A DNA stretch of 64,000 nucleotides from an uncultured Rhodanobacteraceae bacterium. GTDB taxonomy: Bacteria > Pseudomonadota > Gammaproteobacteria > Xanthomonadales > SZUA-5. The DNA lies in contig CALEZI010000127.1 in the NCBI GenBank assembly GCA_937928755.1, forward strand, positions 36,098 through 100,097, given 5' to 3'. The translations under genes were made by a program, and so were the position numbers. The notes beneath the pieces were generated by a model. The model did no database searches and was not told the DNA's origin. It saw only the letters and a program-made list of their open reading frames with translations. Below are positions 52,920 to 61,303 of the stretch, one piece after another; position 1 is the first letter of the stretch, and the number at the start of each line of letters is the position of its first letter.

Positions 52920-55676
52920 ATGACTTCCGAACAACCGTCGACTCTGCAGGCGGCACAGCGACTGTTGCGCGATCTGCGCGCCGGCGACGATGCCCGGCGC
53001 ATCGAGGCGGCGCGACGCATCGAGTCCGATCCGACATTGCGCCAGCACGTCGAGCGCCTGATGGCCGCGACGATCGACTCGCAACCGTCTGCAGGCCACC
53101 CGCCGGACCTGGCAGGGCCGCGACGGGTGGGCGCCTACACGCTGATCGACGAACTCGGCAGCGGCGGCATGGGTGCGGTATTCCTGGCCGAACGCGACGT
53201 CGACGGTACACGGCAGCGCGTGGCGCTGAAGTTGCTGCACGGTATCCCGACCCAGGACGGCCGCCGTCGCTTCGCCCGCGAGCGTGCATTGCTGGCGGGG
53301 CTGAACCATCCGCACATCGCGGCGCTGCTGGACGGCGGCGAGACCGCGGAAGGCCAGCCTTTCCTGGTCATGGAGTACATCGAGGGCGATCCGATCACGC
53401 AGTGGGTGCAGAGCGCCCGGCCGGATCTGGCAAAGCGCCTGCAGACGCTGGTGCGGGTGTGCCGCGCCGTCGAACACGCCCATCAGCGGCTGGTCCTGCA
53501 TCGCGACATCAAGCCCGGCAACATCCTGGTGCGCGCCGACGGCGATCCGGTACTGCTCGACTTCGGCATCGGTCGCGAACTCAGCGACGGCCAGTCGGCG
53601 GACACGGCGACGCTCGTCTTCACGCCGGCCTATGCGGCGCCCGAACAGTTGACCGGCCGCGGCCTGACCACGGCCACCGATGTGTTCGGGCTCGGCGCGG
53701 TGGCCTACGAGGTGCTGAGCGGCGAAAGCCTGACCGAACTTCGTCGCGATGGGTCCAGTTTGCCGCCGCCGAGCGCCACCACGCGCGACCCGCAGATGCG
53801 TGCGGCGCTGCGCGGCGATCTCGACCGGATCACGGCGAAGGCCATGCACTCTGACCCCGAGCGCCGCTACGCGTCGGCGTCGGCACTTGCGGACGATCTG
53901 GAACGATTCCACCAAGGGCGCCCGGTGCTGGCGACGCCGGACAGCCTCGCTTATCGGCTGCGCAAGTTCCTTGGTCGCCACCGTGCCGCGGCCGTCACCG
54001 GTGCGCTGGCGTTGCTGCTGTCTGCCGGATTCGTCTGGCGCCTCGACGTCGAGCGAGATCGCGCGCTCGAGGCCGAGGCCGCGGCCCAGCGCGAGAGCAG
54101 GAGCGCACGCCTTGCGCGCGATTTCCTGGTGTCGGTGTTCGCTTCGGCGTCGCCGCGCGAAACGCTGGGAAAGCCGGTATCGCCGCGCGAGCTGCTCGAC
54201 GGCGCCCGCGAGCGTGTCGAGCGCGAGCTGGGTTCCGATCGGCCTGCCGCCGTGGCGACGTGGATGGCGCTTTCCGACACCTACAACGCGCTCGGCGTGC
54301 CGGAGGCGGCGGCACACGCCGCGGAGCAGGCCTTGCGCCATACCGAAGGCAGCGAAGGCGCCCAGCGCCTGGCGCGCGCCGATGTCATCGAGGCGCTCGG
54401 CGCCGCCTACAACCAGCTCGGCCGTTATCCGGACGCGGCTCCGCTGTACGAAGAACTACTGCGGATCCGTGAGGAGCTGTCGGCGGACGATCCGGTGGCG
54501 CTCGCCAGCAGCTACGGCGAACTCGGCTACGCGGCGCAGAACTACGGCGAATTCCAGCGTTCCGACCAATGGCTGCGGCGCGCACTGGAACTGCTCGACA
54601 GCCAGCGCTCGCGTAATGCAGGAGACGCCGAGGATCGCTGCTATGTGCTTTCTGGCCTGGTCGTGGCGGCCAGCGCGCTCGGCGATCAGCCCGCCGCGCT
54701 GCGCTGGCTGGCGGACGCCGAGGCCGCGTGGGCGAAGCTCGACCCGGATCATCCCGACGGTCTCTACGTGTTGCGTGCACGCGCGCGACTGGCGGAGCTG
54801 CAGGGCCGCTTCGAGGACTCGGTGGCCGACCTGCAGCAGGCGTCCGCGCTGGCGCTGCGGGTCATCGGTGCCGATGCCAGCGTCGTCGCCGGGATCGAGA
54901 ACGATCTGGGCGTTGCGCTGAACGGCCTCGGGCGCTACCGCGAGGCGCTGGTGCACCTGCAGCGGGCGCGCGCGGTGTACCTGCGCCGTGCAGTCAGCGG
55001 CGACGCCAACGTGGCCCACCTGGACGCCAATATCGGCGCCATCTTCGAGAGCATGGGCGACTACGCCCAGGCCATCGATCACGCGCGGCGTGCGCTGGCG
55101 GTGTTCGCCGCGGAAGGCATGGTGGTGGTGGACATGCGCCGTCAGTCGCGCGTGAACCTGGCGCGCGCGCTGAGTTTCGCCGGGCAGCATGCCGAGGCGC
55201 TGGCGGAAATGAGAACGGCGCTGGAGGAGGGCATCGCCAGCGAGGGCAGCGAAAGCCTGACGCACCAGTTGGACCGCTTCCGCCATGCCGGCATCCTGCG
55301 TCGCGCGGGGCAACTCGACGCGGCGTCGGCGGAGCTGGAATCGAGCGCGGCGGCGATTCTCGGCGTCGTCGGCAGCGAGCATCCGCTGAAGCTGCACGTG
55401 TTGCGCTTGCGCGCCCTGATCGCCCGCGATCGCGGCGATGCGCTGGCTGCGACGGCAGAGTTGGAGATGGCTTTGCAGTTCGCCGGCGCGACGGCCGGCG
55501 TCGATCCGGTCGCGACGGCGGAGATCAAGGCCGAGTTGGCCGCACTGTGGAGTGCGACCGATCCCGACCGCGCGCGGCGGCTGGTCGCCGAGGCGCTGCC
55601 GGTGTTGCGCGAGGCGCTGCTGCCGATCGCACCGGCGTTGGTCGCAGCTGAGCGGGTAGAGCGCGCATTGCACTGA
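52920..55676 (+). CDS. Ser/Thr protein kinase with transmembrane segment and C-terminal TPR array
   Basis: Hanks motifs GSGGMGAVFLA, VALKLL, HRDIKPGNIL, DFGIG, TPAYAAPEQ. TM segment AAAVTGALALLLSAGFVW. A long TPR-like C-terminus. 918 aa. Confidence 0.9.
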   Translation: MTSEQPSTLQAAQRLLRDLRAGDDARRIEAARRIESDPTLRQHVERLMAATIDSQPSAGHPPDLAGPRRVGAYTLIDELGSGGMGAVFLAERDVDGTRQRVALKLLHGIPTQDGRRRFARERALLAGLNHPHIAALLDGGETAEGQPFLVMEYIEGDPITQWVQSARPDLAKRLQTLVRVCRAVEHAHQRLVLHRDIKPGNILVRADGDPVLLDFGIGRELSDGQSADTATLVFTPAYAAPEQLTGRGLTTATDVFGLGAVAYEVLSGESLTELRRDGSSLPPPSATTRDPQMRAALRGDLDRITAKAMHSDPERRYASASALADDLERFHQGRPVLATPDSLAYRLRKFLGRHRAAAVTGALALLLSAGFVWRLDVERDRALEAEAAAQRESRSARLARDFLVSVFASASPRETLGKPVSPRELLDGARERVERELGSDRPAAVATWMALSDTYNALGVPEAAAHAAEQALRHTEGSEGAQRLARADVIEALGAAYNQLGRYPDAAPLYEELLRIREELSADDPVALASSYGELGYAAQNYGEFQRSDQWLRRALELLDSQRSRNAGDAEDRCYVLSGLVVAASALGDQPAALRWLADAEAAWAKLDPDHPDGLYVLRARARLAELQGRFEDSVADLQQASALALRVIGADASVVAGIENDLGVALNGLGRYREALVHLQRARAVYLRRAVSGDANVAHLDANIGAIFESMGDYAQAIDHARRALAVFAAEGMVVVDMRRQSRVNLARALSFAGQHAEALAEMRTALEEGIASEGSESLTHQLDRFRHAGILRRAGQLDAASAELESSAAAILGVVGSEHPLKLHVLRLRALIARDRGDALAATAELEMALQFAGATAGVDPVATAEIKAELAALWSATDPDRARRLVAEALPVLREALLPIAPALVAAERVERALH

Positions 55677-55680
55677 CCCC

Positions 55681-55716
55681 AACGAGAAAGGCGCGCTTTC
55701 GCGCGCCTTTCTCGTT
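55681..55716. terminator. Bidirectional hairpin between the convergent kinase and porin genes
   Basis: aacgagaaaggcgcgc-tttc-gcgcgcctttctcgtt (16-bp perfect stem). No clear T-tract on either strand. Confidence 0.6.
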
Positions 55717-55732
55717 CAACCGGTTTCCCGGC

Positions 55733-58069
55733 TCAGAAGCGATATCCGACACTGAAGGTGGTCACCCACACATCGTAATCGGGGCTGCTTCCACCCATGC
55801 TGATGACGTTGGCCATCTGGTTGGGCGGGGCGTTGTCGACCGCCCAGTCGGTGGAGTCGAACTGCTCGTAAGCGAAGCGCAGGCGGAACACGATGTTGCG
55901 GCGCCAGGCGTAGTCGCCGTACAGGCTCGCCGAAGTCAGATCGCTCACCGAGGTTGGCAATGGACGCGCTGTGAGACCCGATCCAACCGTGGTGTAGACA
56001 TCGGAATCGGCTGCGGAATCCACCCAGTCGAAGCCCAGCGTCAGCTTGTCTTCGAGCAGTTTGGTATTGATGCCCGCGCCCCAGGTGAACACGTGATCGC
56101 GACTCCTGACGTTCCAGCTGCGTGCGGGGTCGTAGATCTGCGTACCGCGGGTTGCGCCGCCGAAAGAGGAACCATCCTGGTCGTTCTTGTAACGTTCCTC
56201 GGAGGCAAACGCATAGGCCGTGAGTCCCGCACGCGGTGCCCAGGCGACGTCGACATTGTAGGCACTGACGCGCGAGAAGGTCAGGCCTTTCAGGGAGTTG
56301 TTGTAGTCGTCTTCGGCGTAACTCACGCTGGCGCTGAGCGAGACTTCTTCCACCGGCATGAAGCTGGCATAGATTTCACCGTCGAGACGTTCACGATCGG
56401 CCTGGTTGAACTTGCGCAGGTCCGGGTGATTCTCGAACGGGAAACCGTCGACGAAGGGCACCACGTTGTTGTAGTAGCCCGGCGAATAACCACCGATGAA
56501 TGTGGTGTAGCCCAGGTACTCGCTGCCGCCGTCGCGATCGGAACTGCTCATGCGCAGTCCACCACTGACGTAGCCGCCGGTGTCCACCGCAAAGTTCAAC
56601 GTGTAGAGATCCTCTTCGATCTCTTCGCGTTCCTGATGCGGACGCTCGGTCTGGCGCCAACGCGCTTCGCCGGTGACCCGCAGCCAATCGCTGGCATTCC
56701 AGTTGGCGTCGAGCTTGAAGTACTGGTCTTCATAGCTCTTCGGTTCGTTGATGCGCCGCTGGATGCTGGTCAACCCGGTGTTCTGAGCCAGCGAATCGCC
56801 ACCGATGTAGACGAACTCATGATGATGCGTCTTGTTGTCGCGTTCGTCGTACTTGTAGCTGGCGCCGAGTGCCAAAGTATCGAAAGGCCTGGTCGTGAAT
56901 TTCAGCGCGATGTGCGTGGTGTCGACTTCGCCATCGAGCGAGTTCACCGGCAGCGGCTGGGTGATCGTCGCCGCCAGCAGCGGGTTGATCGTGTACGGCA
57001 GGAAAGCCTGGTCCTGGGTGCCGCGGCCGAACGAAACCACGCCGCTGAGACGAGTGGTCCTGGAGAAATTCCAGCCGCCGCTCAGATTCAACTGGTGGAA
57101 ATCGTTGTCCGGTTCCAGGTGCATCTGCCCCTGACCGTTCGGATAACCCACCTGCGCGGTCGGCGTCCAGCCGTTGATGCTGGAGTAGGGGTTCTGCCAC
57201 ACCAGCGAGTTGTTGCCGTTCTCGAAGAACGAACCGTAATAGCCGAAGGTGAGCTGCTTGGTGCTGTCGGCATAACTCAACACGGCGTCGACCGTGCGCG
57301 TTTCATAGTCCACCGGCTCCGGGGCAATGACCGCGCGCGGATTGCCGCCGGAATTGCCATGAGTCAGTGCGATGGTCTTGTTGCCGTCCTTCTGTTCCAG
57401 GTTGTAGTTGACCTCGAAGTTCCAGCCCGACAGGAAGTTGACGTCGCCGCCGATGTCGAAGCGCTCGCGCTCGTGTTCGATGGCGAAGGTGCGCAGGTTC
57501 GGCACCAGTTGCGTCATCGTCGCCGTGTTCTGGCCGGGTACCCAGCCTGCCGGCAGCGTCAGGTTGGTACTGCCCGCACCGTTGAAGATGGTCTGCGTAT
57601 CGTCGAGCTGGTAGTGGGGAATCTGGTCGAAACCAATGTGGAAATTCCACGCGCCTTGTCGGCCCGCCTCGAAGAGGATGTCGCGCGAATCGATGCCGAG
57701 GTTGCGCCCGGTCAGGCGCCAATAACCGGCATCGTCGCCATCCCACGGACCACGGCTGTAGATGTCGAGATTGACGACCGGAAACAGGCCGTCGTCCTCG
57801 AGGCCGGTATAGCGGCCGAAGCGGTAGGAGGGGTTGGACACGTTGCCGATTCCGACTTCGACATAGTTCTTCACCACAGTCTGCTCTTCGAGCAGCAGTG
57901 AGCTTTCGTCTTCTTCGTCGTCGGCTTCGTCGGCGTCCTGGGCGCTCAAGCTACCGCTGGCCAGGGCGGCGGCAAACACCGAAGCCCATATTGCACCGTG
58001 GAAAAGAACATTGCCGCGGAAAAGGCTCTCGCGAATGGCCTTGCTCAGCAATTTGTGCTGGTTGTTCAT
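55733..58069 (-). CDS. MtrB/PioB-family outer-membrane beta-barrel (decahaem-associated porin)
   Basis: 778 aa. Signal, then an acidic stretch (AQDADEADDEEDE). YRFGRYTGL...GYWRLTGRNLGIDSRD...FDQIPHY with alternating beta-strand character, ending in the terminal aromatic FSVGYRF. It lies immediately downstream of the decahaem gene. There is no Cys anywhere in the protein. Confidence 0.8.
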   Translation of the reverse strand: MNNQHKLLSKAIRESLFRGNVLFHGAIWASVFAAALASGSLSAQDADEADDEEDESSLLLEEQTVVKNYVEVGIGNVSNPSYRFGRYTGLEDDGLFPVVNLDIYSRGPWDGDDAGYWRLTGRNLGIDSRDILFEAGRQGAWNFHIGFDQIPHYQLDDTQTIFNGAGSTNLTLPAGWVPGQNTATMTQLVPNLRTFAIEHERERFDIGGDVNFLSGWNFEVNYNLEQKDGNKTIALTHGNSGGNPRAVIAPEPVDYETRTVDAVLSYADSTKQLTFGYYGSFFENGNNSLVWQNPYSSINGWTPTAQVGYPNGQGQMHLEPDNDFHQLNLSGGWNFSRTTRLSGVVSFGRGTQDQAFLPYTINPLLAATITQPLPVNSLDGEVDTTHIALKFTTRPFDTLALGASYKYDERDNKTHHHEFVYIGGDSLAQNTGLTSIQRRINEPKSYEDQYFKLDANWNASDWLRVTGEARWRQTERPHQEREEIEEDLYTLNFAVDTGGYVSGGLRMSSSDRDGGSEYLGYTTFIGGYSPGYYNNVVPFVDGFPFENHPDLRKFNQADRERLDGEIYASFMPVEEVSLSASVSYAEDDYNNSLKGLTFSRVSAYNVDVAWAPRAGLTAYAFASEERYKNDQDGSSFGGATRGTQIYDPARSWNVRSRDHVFTWGAGINTKLLEDKLTLGFDWVDSAADSDVYTTVGSGLTARPLPTSVSDLTSASLYGDYAWRRNIVFRLRFAYEQFDSTDWAVDNAPPNQMANVISMGGSSPDYDVWVTTFSVGYRF

Positions 58070-58099
58070 GGCGTATCTCGCATGCGATCGGCGTTGAGG

Positions 58100-59038
58100 T
58101 CAGCGCGTGAAGCGCGGGCCGGACGGATGGTTGGAACCGTGCACTTCACCGTGACAGTTCATGCAGTTCTTGTGCAGCATCTGCTGCGCGCCGGAAGGCC
58201 GCGTCGCGCCGGGCAGACCGGTTCCGCTGTAGGCCGTGCTCGGGTGCTGGTTGGCAAGATGGCAGGTCTGGCACAGCCAGGGCCCGCGCTGCTTGAGCAT
58301 GCCGGTGTGTATCGACCCGTGCGGCGAATGGCAGATGGTGCAGTCCTCCGTCACCGGCTGGTGTTCCCAGAGCATCGGGCCGCGCTTGTCGGCATGGCAG
58401 TTGTTGCAGGTTTCATTGACCGTGTTCTTGACCAGATTGCCCTGGCTCATGGAGCCGTGCGGATTGTGGCAACCGGTGCAAGTCATTTCGCCTTCACGAA
58501 TCGGATGGCGGAAGGGCTTGGTCATGGCGGCGCGCTGGTCCTGGTGACAGGTCAGGCAGACGTCCGCCTGCAGCGTCTTGTCGAGCACCGGGTCCTGAGC
58601 GACGTGCGTGTTATGGCAGTCGGCGCATGCCAGATTCTCGGTTTCGTGGCGACTGCCTTGCCAATGCATCAGTTGCTTGCCGTTGTGGCAGCTCTGACAC
58701 TGGCCATTGCCAATGCTCGTGTCCTTTTCTTCGAAGGTCACATCGGGCGGCAGCGAGTCGTCGTCGAGATGAGACTGGCTCGGTCCGTGACAACTGGTGC
58801 AGGCGTCATTGGCCATCGGCGTGCGGCTGTCGGCGACGACGCCATGTTTGGTCATGAGGATCGACAGCACTGGGTGCTCCGACTCCTCGTCATGGCAGCG
58901 GACGCATTTTTTGTATCCCGGGTCGTCCGCGCCGACCTTGTCTTGCGCAGTGGCCGTCGAGCCGGCGAGCAGCGCTCCGGCCAGCAGGAACAATCCTGTC
59001 AGCAGCGCCCCATGAGCTCGTTTCCTGTACGTCCGCAT
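58100..59038 (-). CDS. Decahaem c-type cytochrome, MtrA/DmsE/MtoA/PioA family
   Basis: Ten CXXCH motifs (CVRCH, CTSCH, CQSCH, CADCH, CLTCH, CTGCH, CNNCH, CTICH, CQTCH, CMNCH) in ~312 aa. Signal MRTYRKRAHGALLTGLFLLAGALLAG. ATG 59038 follows AAGGAGGAG. Confidence 0.9.
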   Translation of the reverse strand: MRTYRKRAHGALLTGLFLLAGALLAGSTATAQDKVGADDPGYKKCVRCHDEESEHPVLSILMTKHGVVADSRTPMANDACTSCHGPSQSHLDDDSLPPDVTFEEKDTSIGNGQCQSCHNGKQLMHWQGSRHETENLACADCHNTHVAQDPVLDKTLQADVCLTCHQDQRAAMTKPFRHPIREGEMTCTGCHNPHGSMSQGNLVKNTVNETCNNCHADKRGPMLWEHQPVTEDCTICHSPHGSIHTGMLKQRGPWLCQTCHLANQHPSTAYSGTGLPGATRPSGAQQMLHKNCMNCHGEVHGSNHPSGPRFTR

Positions 59039-59306
59039 GATCTCCTCCTTGTGACTCTGCATCAGAAACTTGATAAATCGGCGCCAATCCTGATCTACCG
59101 CGTCTGGACCTCACCGGTCATTCGCTACCTGCCGCACGAGAATCCGCAGCGCTGCCGCGGCTTCCCCAAATCCTCTTCTGCCCGTCGGAACATCATCACC
59201 GTGGCGCAATTGCATGCCTGAATCTGATTGCGCGGCCATGGGACGAATGCTCCGGTGCTCAAGCTTTGATGTTGCCCTAGCCTGAACCGCAGCGGATGCC
59301 GAAGTA

Positions 59307-59320
59307 TTGATCGAAGTCAA
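59307..59320. promoter_or_regulatory. FNR/CRP-family-type box TTGATCGAAGTCAA upstream of the decahaem cytochrome gene
   Basis: TTGAT-N4-GTCAA, 269 bp upstream of ATG 59038 in the 511-bp spacer. Confidence 0.45.
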
Positions 59321-59508
59321 TGCAGTGTGAATACGCGAGCGCGCCTCACAGCGCCCAAACGGGTACCGCGTTGCGTCGGTGCGCCTCTGCCGTGGGAGCA
59401 ATACAAGGAGGTGGGATTGCCGGCGAGATGGGGGTGTTGCGGTGGTCGGTCCGGGCCGGGTCCGGACGAGTTCGTGCGTCGCCGATTCTGGAACGAATCG
59501 GGAACGCA

Positions 59509-59532
59509 GAGCGGACCCCGCAGGGTCCGCTC
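59509..59532 (-). terminator. Hairpin just downstream of the monohaem cytochrome gene (possible terminator/attenuator)
   Basis: gagcggaccc-cgca-gggtccgctc (10-bp stem), 18 nt after the stop. No strong U-tract on the minus strand. Confidence 0.4.
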
Positions 59533-59549
59533 ATTGCCTTCTTTTCAGG

Positions 59550-59891
59550 TCAGTGCGACAACAACCACTGTGCCAGGTTCTTCAGTTCGGCCTGGTCGGT
59601 GGTCTTGATCTTCTTGTGCTTTTCCTTTTCGCCATCGATCTCGATTTCCGGGCCGGTGGTGATTGCCGTGATCACCAACTGCTCTGCGTCGGGCTTGCCC
59701 TTGAGATCTGCCGCCATCTTCTTCAGCGACGGTCCCGACTTGTCCTTCGTGGCGTGATGACAACCACCGCATTTGTTGCTCTTCATCAGCTTTTCGGCTG
59801 CCTTCGCATCGATCTCGGCGTAGGCGGGATTCAGTCCCGCAAAGGCGAGAAACAACGAGCCGGCGAGAATCAGGGAAACGGACTGGTTCAT
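59550..59891 (-). CDS. Monohaem class I c-type cytochrome (c551/c8-like fold), periplasmic
   Basis: Signal MNQSVSLILAGSLFLAFAGLNPAYA. KSNKCGGCHHATKDKSGPSLKKMAADLKG aligns by eye with c551 [29 protein letters not shown]. C-terminal helix ELKNLAQWLLSH. Strong RBS AAGGAGGA. Confidence 0.8.
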   Translation of the reverse strand: MNQSVSLILAGSLFLAFAGLNPAYAEIDAKAAEKLMKSNKCGGCHHATKDKSGPSLKKMAADLKGKPDAEQLVITAITTGPEIEIDGEKEKHKKIKTTDQAELKNLAQWLLSH

Positions 59892-60051
59892 GGGTTCCTC
59901 CTTGGTTGAGCGGTGATCGCTGCCATACGCAGAGTGGTGCGGTAGCGGAATCGATCAGTCGACAGTGTACGACGAGGCAACGTCGGCACAGCCATCGCCG
60001 ATCATCCTACACCGCACAGATGAACCGTAGCGGCGACCCTGGCCATGAGTG

Positions 60052-60065
60052 TTGATCGCTGTCAA
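60052..60065. promoter_or_regulatory. FNR/CRP-family-type box TTGATCGCTGTCAA upstream of the monohaem cytochrome gene
   Basis: TTGAT-N4-GTCAA, 161 bp upstream of ATG 59891. TACGGT (minus strand, 60029..60024) lies ~32 bp from the box centre. Confidence 0.5.
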
Positions 60066-60247
60066 CGTCCGCGCGACCGGCGCGGCGTAACTTGTCGGCC
60101 GTGCGCCCGGAGATCCTCGCGTAGCCGTTGTGGATACTTTGCCTTCGCCCGGCTTGCGGCGGCTACACTGAGGTAGAGTTGTCAAGATCCCCATGCGAGC
60201 ACTGATCGTCCGATGCGATCGAACATTTGACTACGGAAGACCTGACA

Positions 60248-60403
60248 ATGTCGAAGCTGATTGCGCGGTTGAAACAAATCATCCTGTTCCTGCTGTCGCC
60301 ATTCATCGCGTTGGCGTACATGGCAGCGTTTCCGGGCGTCGCGCTGAAGATGCTGGTATCCGGGAATACGGGCGATACTGAGGGTCGCGGCGGCAGCGCC
60401 TGA
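60248..60403 (+). CDS. Possible 51-aa small membrane protein (below the ORF-track size cut-off)
   Basis: MSKLIARLKQIILFLLSPFIALAYMAAFPGVALKMLVSGNTGDTEGRGGSA: one hydrophobic helix and GC3-rich codons. Weak RBS; opposite strand to the surrounding cytochrome genes. Confidence 0.3.
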   Translation: MSKLIARLKQIILFLLSPFIALAYMAAFPGVALKMLVSGNTGDTEGRGGSA

Positions 60404-60526
60404 CAGGGTGCAGGCCGTCGGTTTGTGCGTGCTTCCGCCCTCGGCGGGAGTGTGCTGCACTGCGGGAGTCTGTGCCGCAGCGTTCCGATGCGTATCTTCG
60501 CCCGTGCGTTTGTTCGCGCATCGAAC

Positions 60527-60580
60527 CTGTGGGAGCGGGTTTATCCCGCGAAAGCGCTCGCGGAGTAAGTCCGCTCCCAG
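60527..60580. repeat. Second REP type (single copy in this window), immediately 3' of the cytochrome b gene
   Basis: ctgtgggagcgggtttatcccgcgaaagcgctcgcggagtaagtccgctcccag. Outer inverted repeat tgggagcgg/ccgctccca and inner cccgcga/tcgcgg. Confidence 0.65.
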
Positions 60581-60583
60581 GCC

Positions 60584-61240
60584 TCAGCGAACGTCCGGTG
60601 CGTCAGTCTTTGCGACGGGTTCGTCGTCGACCTCTTCGTATCCGGTGATCATGCCCTTGGTGTGCGCGCCGAAGGTGTGGCCAAGGGTGACCAGATACAG
60701 ATGGGTCATCAGGAACCCGATGAAGGCGATGGTCAGCAACATGTGCACGGTCGAAATCACGCGCAGCCCGCCGAACATCTCGATCTGGCCGGCGAATCCG
60801 ACCGAATCCCACAGCAATACACCGGTGTAGAACTGCAACGGCAGCATCACCAGCATGACGATCTGGTAGGTCATCGCCTGCATCGGATTGAACTTCTTCT
60901 CAGGCGTGACCCGAAATGGATTGCGCTCGCCGTGCAGGATTCCCCAGGCGTAGAAGTACGCTTGCCGATACATGGCCGGGAAGTATTTGCTCGGACTCAG
61001 CTCGGGTTGATAGACGGAAATCTTGTTCGAGAAGAAGTAGAAAAACAGCCACAACAGGAAATTGGCGCCGACGAAAAAACCGACCCAATTGTGCAGCACC
61101 ACCGCATCACGGAAGGTCATCACATCAAACAGGCCTGCGTAGCGGATCTGCAGTCCGGTAAGGATCAACAACAAGATCCCCAACGCGTTGAGCCAATGCC
61201 AGATCCTGACCGGCAGCGGATGGATGTAAATCTTGCGCAT
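60584..61240 (-). CDS. Cytochrome b561 / HydC-FdnI-type membrane dihaem cytochrome b
   Basis: MRKIYIHPLPVRIWHWLNALGILLLILTGLQIRY (family N-terminal motif). Four predicted TM helices with conserved His (HW, HNW, VHMLL, THLY). ATG 61240 follows AGGAGAG; the track ORF starts 18 codons earlier. Confidence 0.8.
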   Translation of the reverse strand: MRKIYIHPLPVRIWHWLNALGILLLILTGLQIRYAGLFDVMTFRDAVVLHNWVGFFVGANFLLWLFFYFFSNKISVYQPELSPSKYFPAMYRQAYFYAWGILHGERNPFRVTPEKKFNPMQAMTYQIVMLVMLPLQFYTGVLLWDSVGFAGQIEMFGGLRVISTVHMLLTIAFIGFLMTHLYLVTLGHTFGAHTKGMITGYEEVDDEPVAKTDAPDVR

Positions 61241-61303
61241 GATGCTCTCCTGCCAATTCTGAAGTCGCGTTAGGGCTTGCGCCGCTGGTTGCATTCGGAC
61301 CGG

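Noticed and set aside
59111-59401. 96-aa ORF in the 511-bp spacer between the monohaem and decahaem cytochrome genes
   Set aside because: The translation is Arg-rich with no haem motif, signal peptide or RBS. The region is better explained as a terminator hairpin plus the promoter and FNR-type box for the downstream genes.
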